Assembly: GCA_051971635.1 (NCBI GenBank) | Contig: JBFPLN010000006.1 | Location: 74,669-138,668, forward strand | DNA from: Candidatus Atelocyanobacterium thalassae | GTDB lineage: Bacteria > Cyanobacteriota > Cyanobacteriia > Cyanobacteriales > Microcystaceae | Length of the DNA stretch: 64,000 nucleotides | Direction of reading: 5' to 3' | Shown: piece by piece, positions 22,833 to 33,490 of the stretch | Layout: the number at the start of each line of letters is the position of its first letter | Numbering within the stretch: position 1 is the first letter of the stretch | The notes under the pieces: generated by a model | The model's input: the letters and a program-made list of their open reading frames with translations, nothing else | Database searches by the model: none | Told to the model about the DNA's origin: nothing | Program-made: the position numbers and the translations under genes

Positions 22833-24758
22833 ATGAAAACACAACATCAAATTAATCAAAGATTAAAGTCATCACTTGATAATGCTATTGATATCAGTCA
22901 GAACTACATACTCTCTTTACAATATCCTGAAGGTTATTGGTTAGGAGAACTAGAGTCAAATATAACTCTTACTGCAGAGACTGTTTTAATTTATAAAATT
23001 TGGGGAATATTTGAAAACCTTCCAAAATCTAAAATTGAAACTTATTTATGTAGTAAACAAAACAAACATGGTGGTTGGGAACTTTTTTATGGCGATGGTG
23101 GAGAGATTAGTACATCCATAGAAGCATATATGGCACTTAGACTTTTAGGTATGTCTAAAGATGATCCTATTTTAGTTAATGCCAAGAATTTTATTCTTAG
23201 CAGAGGAGGTGTTTCCAAAGCTAGAATTTTCACTAAGTTTCATTTAGCTTTAATTGGTTGTTACTCATGGAAGGGGCTCCCCTCTATACCTCCATGGATT
23301 ATGGTTTTAAGTAACAATTTTCCTTTTACAATTTATGAGATGGCTAGTTGGGCACGAGAAAGTACTGTCCCATTGATAATAGTTTTTGATAAAAAACCAA
23401 TTTTCGAAGTTAATCCATCTTTTAACCTTGATGAATTGTATATAGAAGAAATAGAAAAAATTCAATATAGTCTTCCATACAAGAATGATTGGACTGATAT
23501 TTTTTTGTGGTTGGACAAAATTTTTCAGCTATTAGGAAAATTCAATCTAATTCCTTTTAAAGAGAAAGGTTTAAAGGAAGCAGAGAAATGGGTATTAGAT
23601 CATCAACAAGAAAGTGGAGATTGGGGAGGAATTATGCCTCCGATGCTAAACTCTCTAATTGCATTCCGAACTTTAGGATATGATTTAGAGGATCCCTCCG
23701 TTAAAAGAGGTTTTGAAGCCATTCAACGTTTTGCTATTGAAAAAGATAAAGAATATTATGTTCAGGCTTGCGTATCTCCTGTATGGGATACTGCTTGGAT
23801 GATAAGAGCCTTATCTGAGTCAGGGTTGTCAAAAAATCATCCTTCTCTTCAACTAGCTGGAAACTGGTTACTAAGTAAACAATGTTTAGACTATGGAGAT
23901 TGGTCAATTAAAAATAAAGTTGGGAAACCTGGAGGATGGGCATTTGAGTTTACTAATCGCTTTTATCCTGATATTGATGACTCAGCAGCTGTAGTTATGG
24001 CACTTGAGGGAATTACTCTTATAAACGAAAAGCAGAAAAAAGTAGCTATTGAGCGCTGCCTTCAATGGATAGAAACAATGCAGTGCAGAACTGGAGGATG
24101 GGCAGCTTTCGATATAGATAATAATCAAGCTTGGTTAAATGAAGTTCCTTATGGGGATCTCAAAGCAATGATCGATCCAAATAGCGCTGATGTAACCGCA
24201 AGAGTAGTAGAAATGTTAGGTTCATGTAACTTAAAAATTTCTGATAAAAGTATTGTGAAAGCCCTTACGTATTTGTATGATGAACAAGAAAATGATGGCA
24301 GTTGGTTTGGTAGATGGGGTGTTAATTATATCTATGGAACTAGTGGAGTGTTGTCTGCATTGGCAGTTCTTAATTCTGATCAAAATCATTTGCAACTAGA
24401 AAAAGGAGTTAGCTGGCTATTAAGTTGTCAAAATGAAGATGGTGGATGGGGAGAGAGTTGTTTAAGCTATGATAATCCTGAGCTAAAAGGAAAAGGTGTA
24501 AGTACAGCTTCTCAAACTGCTTGGTCCTTAATTGGGTTACTAGATGCGGGAAAAGCTTTAAATAATTTTGCAATCAATAGTGTTGATCGAGGTATAGACT
24601 ATTTACTGAATACTCAAACATCTAGTGGAGTATGGGAAGAAAATGAATTTACTGGAACTGGATTTCCTTCTCATTTTTATATAAAGTATCATCTCTATTG
24701 TAATTATTTCCCTTTGATTGCTCTAGGACGTTATAAACAATTTAGACATCTATTTTAA
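22833..24758 (+). CDS. shc: Squalene--hopene cyclase
   Basis: DIDD catalytic motif (YPDIDDSA), QW repeats (QENDGSW, QNEDGGWGE), SPVWDT, FTGTGFP. Confidence 0.97.
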   Translation: MKTQHQINQRLKSSLDNAIDISQNYILSLQYPEGYWLGELESNITLTAETVLIYKIWGIFENLPKSKIETYLCSKQNKHGGWELFYGDGGEISTSIEAYMALRLLGMSKDDPILVNAKNFILSRGGVSKARIFTKFHLALIGCYSWKGLPSIPPWIMVLSNNFPFTIYEMASWARESTVPLIIVFDKKPIFEVNPSFNLDELYIEEIEKIQYSLPYKNDWTDIFLWLDKIFQLLGKFNLIPFKEKGLKEAEKWVLDHQQESGDWGGIMPPMLNSLIAFRTLGYDLEDPSVKRGFEAIQRFAIEKDKEYYVQACVSPVWDTAWMIRALSESGLSKNHPSLQLAGNWLLSKQCLDYGDWSIKNKVGKPGGWAFEFTNRFYPDIDDSAAVVMALEGITLINEKQKKVAIERCLQWIETMQCRTGGWAAFDIDNNQAWLNEVPYGDLKAMIDPNSADVTARVVEMLGSCNLKISDKSIVKALTYLYDEQENDGSWFGRWGVNYIYGTSGVLSALAVLNSDQNHLQLEKGVSWLLSCQNEDGGWGESCLSYDNPELKGKGVSTASQTAWSLIGLLDAGKALNNFAINSVDRGIDYLLNTQTSSGVWEENEFTGTGFPSHFYIKYHLYCNYFPLIALGRYKQFRHLF

Positions 24759-24898
24759 GTATCATTAAAAAATCTTTTTAATAACCTTAATTTTTTATAA
24801 AAAGCATATGTTAAATTGAAAAGATAAACGATTTAGTTAATAAGTTTCTAAATTATATTTTGTAAATTAAAGATAAGTATAAAAATATTTATAATATC

Positions 24899-24948
24899 TA
24901 TGATAATTAACTTAATAATTTTAATTAATTATTAAGTTAATTATCATA
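24899..24948. terminator. 22-bp-arm perfect inverted repeat between convergent shc and SRPBCC genes
   Basis: TATGATAATTAACTTAATAATT-TTAATT-AATTATTAAGTTAATTATCATA. Confidence 0.75.
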
Positions 24949-25099
24949 ATTTAAAAAATAAAAGTTTTTCTTAATAATGCTCTTAAAATATTAGAAACAA
25001 TTTAATAGAATGAAAAATTTAGCAAATATTCTGACAGGATAAGCTATGGGAATACTTCAGATAAAAAATTTTAAGACAGTATAAGAAAATATTAGATAT

Positions 25100-25549
25100 T
25101 TATATCTCACCTTTACTTTTTTTTATTGCATAATCTCTAAATCTTTTTAAATCTTCTGAAATGGTAGATTCAACTATTCTACCTAAAAATAATTTATCCA
25201 TTAATTTTCCTAGCCATCCTGGAATGCTATAAGCGATACTTAATCTAACAATACTACTACCTTGCCTATCGTAAAATCTAATCGCTCCTCTATTAGGTAA
25301 TCCATTTATTGACTCCCACTGTATGATTTGATGAGGTACTATTTTGAGGATTTTTGATAGCCAGGTGAACTGAAAACTTCCACTAACTAATTTCCATCGT
25401 GATAAGCTAGGATCATCATCAAGAATTTCAACGGAGTCAATCCATTTCATCCATTTAGGCATTTCATTTAAGTCTGACCATAAATTCCACACCTGTTCAA
25501 TAGGAATATCTACTTCAATTTGTACACTATGCTCTAACCAGTTAGACAT
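25100..25549 (-). CDS. SRPBCC/polyketide-cyclase-fold lipid-binding protein
   Basis: WLEHSVQIEV, MPKWMKWI, WESINGLPNRGAIRFY, DLKRF. Confidence 0.88.
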   Translation of the reverse strand: MSNWLEHSVQIEVDIPIEQVWNLWSDLNEMPKWMKWIDSVEILDDDPSLSRWKLVSGSFQFTWLSKILKIVPHQIIQWESINGLPNRGAIRFYDRQGSSIVRLSIAYSIPGWLGKLMDKLFLGRIVESTISEDLKRFRDYAIKKSKGEI

Positions 25550-25842
25550 ATTTGAAATGTAAATTACTGTATATCGTTTTATGTTTAATCTATATATTAA
25601 ATGCTTTTATATATTAGCATATTAACATTTTTAAAACTTAATCTTTAGTGTTTGCTAGAAAGATATTTTTTTTGTTTTAATAACATAAAGTTGTTACTCC
25701 TTAGACCTAGCTAATATAGTTTTTAGTTTTATTATTATAATAATTAGCTAATACATGTATGAAAAGTAAATTTTAAGATACCAAAGAAAAAGAAATTAAA
25801 TGAATTAATAAATATTCTTACTGCATTTATATTAGAAATTAT

Positions 25843-25890
25843 GTTATTGTTCCTTTTCTTAAAAGTTTTAATAAGAAAAGGAACAATAAC
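25843..25890 (-). terminator. 19-bp-arm perfect inverted repeat downstream of the SGNH gene
   Basis: GTTATTGTTCCTTTTCTTA-N10-TAAGAAAAGGAACAATAAC. Confidence 0.75.
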
Positions 25891-25985
25891 TATTGAAAAA
25901 AAAATTTATTTCTTATACATTTCTTTAAGTATATTAGAACTAATAAGTAGCCAATATATATTACATAAGTATAATAATTTATATG

Positions 25986-27176
25986 TTATTCTTGTAACGA
26001 ACAAATCTTATTACTAATTATTTCTCCGGCAACCTGATGTCCGAGGTTATTCCAATGTCCACTTCCTATTTTTGTATTATTAAAACCATGTATAAAGGCT
26101 TTATTTTTATCAGCATAGGCTTGTAAAAGTGGAGCTAAAGTTAAAATTTTAAAGTTTTCTATTTGTGATAATTTATAAATATGTTGATCGGGATAAAATT
26201 GACTATTTGTTGCCAGATTTTTAAAATATTGTTCTCTAACTGAAAAATTGGGATAGACTTGAATAGGATTACTTAATGTTACTACTAAATAGTCAGTACT
26301 GAAGATAGAGTTTTCTTGTTGTATTAGTTTAATTGATTTATCCATTACGTTCCATTCTTTTTCCCATATTACAGAAGAGCTTTTATATAACTCTGGAATA
26401 AATTCAATATTTTGAGATATATCCTTGTCAACCTTCAAATTCCCAGATATAAGTTTAGGAAACTGCTTGTTTATAATAATTCTAGTTTGATTAACTAGTT
26501 GTAAAATATGAGATTTATTTATTAAAAAAAATAATTTTTTTCTTACAAAACTATTACGCCATTGGTAAGTTTTGGTGTTTCTAAATGACATGTCAAAGAT
26601 GTACTTATTATCTTTGAGCTCTAGGAAGGGACTAAATCTGTCATGAGGACTTAATACTTTTGAATTATTAATAACATCATTATCAGTAAAAACCGTTAAT
26701 AGAACAAGATCAGGAGAAAATTCACTAGCATAATATTTTAGCGTTGTATATTCTTGTGTAGTACCGTAATCACCAACGCCAAAATTTATTACCTCAATAT
26801 TTTTGCTACTTAATTTTTGACATTTAGATAATTTTTCTTTTGTTAATGACCAAAACGTTTTATCTTTATCAAGTTGTATAGCTTCAGCAAAAGAATCGCC
26901 GATAATAATAATTCTAAAAGTATCTTTTGGTTTCTTTTTTGTATAGGCTTTATCCCTTAAACCATTTTTATTAATTGATACAAATGCATTCCCTTCATGC
27001 TTCCATTTTCCGAACATATTCTTGATAAGAGAATGCCCTCGATGAAAATCAACTTTATAAAAACTAGGATAGGAGATATTTAATATTCTTAATCCGATCT
27101 CTCCAACGAATAGAGCGAAAGTTAAGCTACTGAATATTAGTACAAAGTTATTTATAATCTTGTTTGGTTTAGACAT
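25986..27176 (-). CDS. Membrane-anchored SGNH/GDSL hydrolase (AlgJ/AlgX-like)
   Basis: EIGLR anchor, GLRD, GDSFAE, NFGVGDYGT, ND, GHWNNLGH. Confidence 0.8.
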   Translation of the reverse strand: MSKPNKIINNFVLIFSSLTFALFVGEIGLRILNISYPSFYKVDFHRGHSLIKNMFGKWKHEGNAFVSINKNGLRDKAYTKKKPKDTFRIIIIGDSFAEAIQLDKDKTFWSLTKEKLSKCQKLSSKNIEVINFGVGDYGTTQEYTTLKYYASEFSPDLVLLTVFTDNDVINNSKVLSPHDRFSPFLELKDNKYIFDMSFRNTKTYQWRNSFVRKKLFFLINKSHILQLVNQTRIIINKQFPKLISGNLKVDKDISQNIEFIPELYKSSSVIWEKEWNVMDKSIKLIQQENSIFSTDYLVVTLSNPIQVYPNFSVREQYFKNLATNSQFYPDQHIYKLSQIENFKILTLAPLLQAYADKNKAFIHGFNNTKIGSGHWNNLGHQVAGEIISNKICSLQE

Positions 27177-27205
27177 GATTGATTATTCTTTAGTAAGAAC
27201 CACTT

Positions 27206-28396
27206 TTATTTCAATAAGGATTCTTCTGTTTCGGAATTAAAAATATGAATTGCTCTTTTATTTATTGATAACCATAATGTATCTCCTGTCTTAACCAGAT
27301 TATTTCCTATATAGTTAACAGTAATTTTAACAGGACTCTTGTTTAACGTTTCGGTGAATAAACGTACTTCATTTCCCATATTTTCTACTAGAGTAACCTT
27401 TACCTGTAAATTATTTATACTAGGAATACTTAGGGTAATATGTTCAGGTCTAAATCCTAATATGGCAAATTTTTTATTATATTTTCTTAAATATGATTCC
27501 CACTCTACAGGAATAGATAAGCTAAATTTGTCATAGAAAATTTTAGAAGAATTTTCTATTGTTACTGGCAAAAAATTCATTGGTAAGGATCCAATAAAGC
27601 TTCCAACAAAACAATTAATAGGATTATTATATAGCTCTAGAGGAGATGCTACTTGTTGAATTTTTCCTTGGTCCATAACAGCAATACGATCACCCATTGT
27701 CATTGCTTCTACCTGATCATGAGTAACATATATAGTGGTAATTTTTAGTTGATTTTGTAGCTTTACTATTTCAGAACGAGTTTCTGTACGCAAAATTGCA
27801 TCCAAATTTGACATAGGCTCATCCATTAAGAAGACCTTAGGATTTCTAGCAATTGCTCTTCCTAATGCTACCCTTTGCCTTTGACCTCCTGATAATTGCT
27901 TTGGTAATCTAGTTAATAGGCTATCTAGTCGTAATAGCTTGCTAACTTGTCCTATCTTTTGATTAATATTTATTTCTAAAGCTGAATTGTATCGAAATTG
28001 TTTAGGTAAAAACTTAGTTATTTGATTTAAAATTTTATAGATTTTTTTATCAGTTTTATTTATACGACGTAATCCAAAAGCAATATTATCATAAACGTTA
28101 AGATGGGGATACAAAGCATAATTTTGAAAGACCATAGCTATATCACGCTGCTTGGGAAGAAGAGAATTCACATTTTGTTCTCCTATCAAGATTTCTCCTG
28201 ATGTAATAGTTTCCAGCCCTGCTATAAGTCGAAGTAGAGTACTTTTTCCACATCCTGAAGGACCAACTAATACCATGAACTCTCCATCATTAATATTTAA
28301 ATTAATGTGTCGTAAGATTTTAATTTCGGAATCTTTTGATTTGTTTCTTTGGCGAAAGAAACTTTTATTAATGTTTTTCAGTATAACTTTAGCCAC
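27206..28396 (-). CDS. Carbohydrate ABC transporter ATP-binding protein (MalK/UgpC type)
   Basis: GPSGCGKST, MVFQNYALYPH, LSGGQRQR, MDEP, YVTHDQ, TOBE-like C-terminus. Confidence 0.92.
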   Translation of the reverse strand: MAKVILKNINKSFFRQRNKSKDSEIKILRHINLNINDGEFMVLVGPSGCGKSTLLRLIAGLETITSGEILIGEQNVNSLLPKQRDIAMVFQNYALYPHLNVYDNIAFGLRRINKTDKKIYKILNQITKFLPKQFRYNSALEININQKIGQVSKLLRLDSLLTRLPKQLSGGQRQRVALGRAIARNPKVFLMDEPMSNLDAILRTETRSEIVKLQNQLKITTIYVTHDQVEAMTMGDRIAVMDQGKIQQVASPLELYNNPINCFVGSFIGSLPMNFLPVTIENSSKIFYDKFSLSIPVEWESYLRKYNKKFAILGFRPEHITLSIPSINNLQVKVTLVENMGNEVRLFTETLNKSPVKITVNYIGNNLVKTGDTLWLSINKRAIHIFNSETEESLLK

Positions 28397-29085
28397 TGTA
28401 ATAAGTTAGAAATAATAAGTTAATACATAAATAACGCAGACAAAACAAACTATATAAGTTATTTGCAAAGATATATGATGGACTCGATTGACAGTTTTGA
28501 CAGTTCAACATGAAATATAAAAACTAATAGATTTTATATAACTATAAAGTATGATTAAATGTCATTTTAGTAGTAATACTTTAAATATTGATAAATAGTA
28601 ATAAAATACTATTTCAGTAAAAAATACTGAATAAAAAAAGTCTACTAAGTCTTTGATAGTATATATTGACTTACTATATAAAAGTTTAGATTCAATAGAA
28701 TTCTCAAATTTATTTATAGTTAAGTTATTAAATAATTACTTTTTAAAACATATTTTGTCACTTAATATTAAAAAAGTTTAATTATTTTTATTATAAGCCT
28801 ATAATACGAGTTGGGTTATTACCTCTCATCATTAAAATTTTTTTTGCCTATATTTATGAATACTAAATTCAAATTCATTTTAGCAGCCTGTTTTACTACT
28901 AGTTAAAAAATACTGAAATTAACAGGTCAGTTTTTATATTCAAAAAATTATTTAATATCTTGTTTATTAAATAATTTAAGTACTATATTAAATTGGTTTT
29001 TATTTATTTACTAAGACAATCTCTTATCATATTTTTTTAGTAATAAAGCTAACAATACAGATAATAAGTAAAATTTGCAATAATT

Positions 29086-29961
29086 ATGGATCTATTACGA
29101 TCATTACCTATTGGACTTTATCTTGAAAAGCCTCTTACTTGGTTACATTTACTTGATTCTAGAGTTAAATTAGTTTGGCTGATGTCTTTATTGCTTGCGA
29201 ACAGATCATCTAGTCCAGAATGGTTATTAGTTCTTGTAGGTTTCCTTGTAGTTTTAACTATAGTTGCCAATATCCCTTTAAGAGTTTGGAAGCAACAAAT
29301 GGGGTGGCTTTTAATTATTAGTTTTTTAATATTTCTAATTATAGCTTTGTCACCTGACGGTCTAGCAATTTCTTCCCAGCCTAGACTTCCAATCAATAAC
29401 ATATCAATACCACAATCAAGTTCTTATAGTTATGTTTTACTTGACAAAGGAATTTTCCTTATTACCCGTAGATCTTTGGAACTAGGAATAAGAATAGGTA
29501 CTCATATTTTTATAGCAGTTTATAGTGCTAATTTATACCTATCAACTACTACTCCTGAAGCAATAACTGAAGGATTAGACTATCTATTTTCGCCTTTAAG
29601 ATTTCTTAAAGTTCCAGTAACTGAAATTTTATTAATTTTCACTTTATCTCTACGTTTCATTTCTTTAGTCTTAGAAGAAATACAAAATCTCACTCGTTCT
29701 ATTAGAACTAGGGCTATAAATTGGAAAAAATTAGGAATTAGAAAAAGCTTTCAAGTATGGATAGTAGTAATAGAAAAAATACTAGAAAATCTGTTAACAA
29801 GAGCTACCGAGATTGCAACTACGATGGAAATTAGAGGTTTTATTAGTCCCAATAAGCATAGAGTAAAGTGGCATAAACTATCCTTAGTCAAAGGAGATTG
29901 GATAGCATTGTTTTCATTATTACCTTTTTGGTATTTACGTTATGTTTGGGGAGGAATATAA
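29086..29961 (+). CDS. ECF transporter transmembrane component T (Ycf92/CbiQ family)
   Basis: MDLLRSLPIGLYLE, TTTPE, LRFISLVLEEIQNL, MEIRGF. Confidence 0.88.
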   Translation: MDLLRSLPIGLYLEKPLTWLHLLDSRVKLVWLMSLLLANRSSSPEWLLVLVGFLVVLTIVANIPLRVWKQQMGWLLIISFLIFLIIALSPDGLAISSQPRLPINNISIPQSSSYSYVLLDKGIFLITRRSLELGIRIGTHIFIAVYSANLYLSTTTPEAITEGLDYLFSPLRFLKVPVTEILLIFTLSLRFISLVLEEIQNLTRSIRTRAINWKKLGIRKSFQVWIVVIEKILENLLTRATEIATTMEIRGFISPNKHRVKWHKLSLVKGDWIALFSLLPFWYLRYVWGGI

Positions 29962-29978
29962 GAAGAATACTAAGTTAG

Positions 29979-30884
29979 TTAAGAAAACAACATATCTATG
30001 AGTATAAAGGAACCGAAACCTAGGCGATACCATACAAATATCCAAGTACTCTGTTTTTGTAAATAATTTATTAACCAGGCAATAGATAAATAAGAAAAGA
30101 GAATAGAAGAAATTATTGCCGTCAAAAGAGGTAGTATAGTTTCTTGAGAAAATCCAGTATTAAAAATCTCAGTTAATTCGTATAAGCCTACTGTAGTTAT
30201 TGCAGGAATACCTAATAAAAAAGAGAACCTTGCTGCAGTTTCTCGTTTTAAATTTAGAAATAATCCTAGAGTAATTGTTGAACCTGACCGAGAAACTCCA
30301 GGAATTATAGCTAAAGATTGAATAGCACCCATAAAAAATGCATCTTGCCATTTTAATTTATCAAAGTTACGTTCATATTTTCCAACTTTTTCCGCTAAAG
30401 CTAATAGTAAAGACATGATAATAGAAGAAACTGCAACCATCCCGCTACTTCGTAAAATAGAATTATCTATGTCTGTCATAAAAGTTTTTGTTAAGTATCC
30501 AACTATAAGGAAAGGTAAAGTTCCCATAAAAATGCCAAATCCCATCCGAAGATCATGAGACTCTAAATCATTATTTTTAATTGCTATGAATGTACCTGTG
30601 ACAATTTTTCTTAGGTCTGACCAAAAGTACCATAGAACTGAGATAATACTTCCTAACTGAATTACTGCAGAAAAATTTACTCCCGGATCACCCCATCCCA
30701 AATAAGAAGGAATTATTTGTAAATGAGCCGTACTACTAATAGGTAAAAATTCTGTTAACCCTTGTATCATACCTAAAATGATAATTTGTAAATAGCTAAA
30801 ACTTTCAATTGTTGAAGATGGATTTTCTAATGTTATGTGTTGATTGATCGATAGCTGAGAAAATATTAAAATGAGAAAAAACAT
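29979..30884 (-). CDS. uppP: Undecaprenyl-diphosphate phosphatase
   Basis: QGLTEFLPISSTAH, IQLGS, PGVSRSGST, ARFSFLLGIP; start uncertain. Confidence 0.95.
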   Translation of the reverse strand: MFFLILIFSQLSINQHITLENPSSTIESFSYLQIIILGMIQGLTEFLPISSTAHLQIIPSYLGWGDPGVNFSAVIQLGSIISVLWYFWSDLRKIVTGTFIAIKNNDLESHDLRMGFGIFMGTLPFLIVGYLTKTFMTDIDNSILRSSGMVAVSSIIMSLLLALAEKVGKYERNFDKLKWQDAFFMGAIQSLAIIPGVSRSGSTITLGLFLNLKRETAARFSFLLGIPAITTVGLYELTEIFNTGFSQETILPLLTAIISSILFSYLSIAWLINYLQKQSTWIFVWYRLGFGSFILIDMLFS

Positions 30885-31272
30885 AATTTCTTGAACCAGA
30901 AATAAAAGATTTAAGCTATTTAAAGTTAGCTATAGGCTAGCATTTTTAGTATATAGTTCCAAGTGTTTTATTCTATTAAATAGGTTGAAAAATCTTAAAT
31001 AACGACTTAATAGAGTCTAAATAACTACAATTAAGGTTTGAGGCTAAATATTCTTAATATATTTTTCAACCATAAGATGAAGTATGGTATCTATAAGTTT
31101 TGCAAAAATCAAAATTTATTATGTGATTCATTACTATGATTATTTTTAGAATTTGTTTAAATAAGAAATAATAGTATTAACTTATAGAAGATGGAAATTA
31201 ATAGTTAAGTTTTTTCCATTTTTAATTCCCTTAGAATATATTAGGACTAGTTTTAACTTTGAGGAAAATTTT

Positions 31273-32724
31273 GTGACAGTGAGAGTTCGTATCGCCCCTA
31301 GTCCTACTGGAACTTTACATATTGGTACTGCTAGGACAGCTATTTTTAACTGGTTATTTGCGAATCGCCACAAAGGCAAATTTATTTTACGTATTGAAGA
31401 TACAGATCAGCAACGTTCTAAGCCTGAGTTCATTGAAAATATAAAATCAGGTTTAACTTGGTTAGGCTTAAATTGGGATGAAGGACCTTTCTTTCAGACT
31501 CAACGCTTGGATTCCTATCACAAAATTATTCAAAAATTACTTGATCAAGGTCTTGCATATAGATGCTACTGTACTCCAGAAGAGTTAGAAGATATGAAAG
31601 AGCGGCAAAGGTCGAACAATCAAGCGCCTAGGTATGATAACCGTCATCGTTATTTAACAAGAGTACAACAAGAATCTTTTGAAGCAGAAGGGAAGCAATC
31701 CGTTATTAGATTCATAATAAATGATGAGCAAGAAATTTGCTGGAATGATTTAATTAGAGGACATATGATATGGAAGGGTAGTGATCTTGGCGGAGATATG
31801 GTCATTGCTCGTATTAGAGAAAATATAGAACAGCCATTTGGACAACCTCTTTATAACCTTGCCGTAGTGGTAGACGATATAGATATGAATATTAGTCATG
31901 TAATTCGTGGGGAAGACCATATAGCAAACACTGCTAAACAAATTTTATTGTACGAAGCATTAGGAAAAACAATTCCATACTTTGCACATACACCTCTAAT
32001 ACTCAATCAAGAAGGCCGTAAACTGTCGAAAAGAGATGGTGTTACTTCTATTAATGACTTTCGCGAAATGGGTTTTTTACCAGATGCTCTTGTTAATTAC
32101 ATGAGTCTTCTAGGATGGACTCTACCTGATAGCACTCAAGAAATTTTTACATTACATGAGATTGCGGAGAATTTCGATTTAGAGCGTGTTAGTAAAGCAG
32201 GTGCTAAATTTGATTGGGACAAATTAGACTGGATTAATAGCCAATACCTTCATAAGATACCAGTAGAAGAACTGGTAAATTTACTAATTCCATATTGGCA
32301 AAAAAATAATTTCCTTATTGATATCGATTTTGATCGTAAATGGCTAGAACGTATAGCTATTTTAATTCAACCTAGTCTAGTTCGCTTAAATGATGTTATC
32401 AAAGAAAGTTCTTTTTTCTTTGGTGAAAATATAAATTATAATGACGAAGCAATGCTACATATGAAACAAGACAATGTTAAGAGTATTCTTGAATTAGCTT
32501 TAACAAAAATTGAAGAATGTTCTATCTTAGATGAAGATGAAATCAAGAAAATAATTAAGGAAATTGTCAAGACATTTAAAGTTAAAAAAGGACTAGTAAT
32601 GCGTTCTCTCCGAGCAGGTCTGTCTGGAAAATTACATGGTCCTGATTTAATTGAATCCTGGAGTATATTGAATATAAAAGGATGGGATAAAAGCCGTCTA
32701 AAAAGTTTATTAAATATTTTGTAA
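31273..32724 (+). CDS. gltX: Glutamate--tRNA ligase
   Basis: [32 protein letters not shown]. Confidence 0.98.
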   Translation: MTVRVRIAPSPTGTLHIGTARTAIFNWLFANRHKGKFILRIEDTDQQRSKPEFIENIKSGLTWLGLNWDEGPFFQTQRLDSYHKIIQKLLDQGLAYRCYCTPEELEDMKERQRSNNQAPRYDNRHRYLTRVQQESFEAEGKQSVIRFIINDEQEICWNDLIRGHMIWKGSDLGGDMVIARIRENIEQPFGQPLYNLAVVVDDIDMNISHVIRGEDHIANTAKQILLYEALGKTIPYFAHTPLILNQEGRKLSKRDGVTSINDFREMGFLPDALVNYMSLLGWTLPDSTQEIFTLHEIAENFDLERVSKAGAKFDWDKLDWINSQYLHKIPVEELVNLLIPYWQKNNFLIDIDFDRKWLERIAILIQPSLVRLNDVIKESSFFFGENINYNDEAMLHMKQDNVKSILELALTKIEECSILDEDEIKKIIKEIVKTFKVKKGLVMRSLRAGLSGKLHGPDLIESWSILNIKGWDKSRLKSLLNIL

Positions 32725-32727
32725 AGC

Positions 32728-32771
32728 TGAAAGATAGGAAGGTAACATGAAAATTCTCTTTCTATCTTTCA
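32728..32771 (+). terminator. Imperfect hairpin after gltX
   Basis: TGAAAGATAGGAAG...CTTTCTATCTTTCA just after the stop. Confidence 0.45.
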
Positions 32772-33490
32772 AATTCATAAGACACTTAAATGCTAACTAA
32801 TATAAATTAATAGATTGTAAAACATAAAAATAATTAGATTATGTATTTGGCTAAAAATATTAATTTGGACTTTGTAAGTTTTTTTTTAAATATTGAAACT
32901 TTAATCTAGTGAAAATTAAGAATATTTAGTAAATTTAAAAGAATGTAATAATTATGTTAAAAAAACCGTTTTTTAAAAAAATACTAGAAGTATTAGTTAG
33001 CTTGGTATTAGGTAATCGCAGTAAAATTTCTTTAGACTTCTATAGTTGTACCTTAAAGACATTAAATTATAAAAATAATATATTGTCTTTATGAACTACT
33101 GTCGAGCCACTCCAGTATTGATTGTTGTAATAAATTCTTATTTTCTAGACTTTTTCTTTACCAAGAGTGTAGATTTTCTTGATAAATACTGTTATGTATA
33201 GGTTAAATATATTGAATATTAAGCAAAAAATAAGTACTTACTATTCGCAACCTTGATTAAGCAAAGACAAAATATTTTTGTCAAGTTTTCTAAAAGATAA
33301 ACTCCAATTAGAAACAAAAAATACTTTTTCTCTAAACTATGTTATGAAATTTTGATAAAAGGTAGCACTGATAAAAAGCTCAAACCCATGTATAGAAAGT
33401 ATATAAGTTTTTACCCAATAATATTTATTTTTAATTCTGTAATATAACTTTATATAATGTAGATGAACAAACGTCACACTTGTAAAAGCC

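Noticed and set aside
33091..33201. 36-codon ORF (MNYCRATPV...) in the gltX-ndhD spacer
   Set aside because: No recognisable homology or RBS; cannot distinguish from chance
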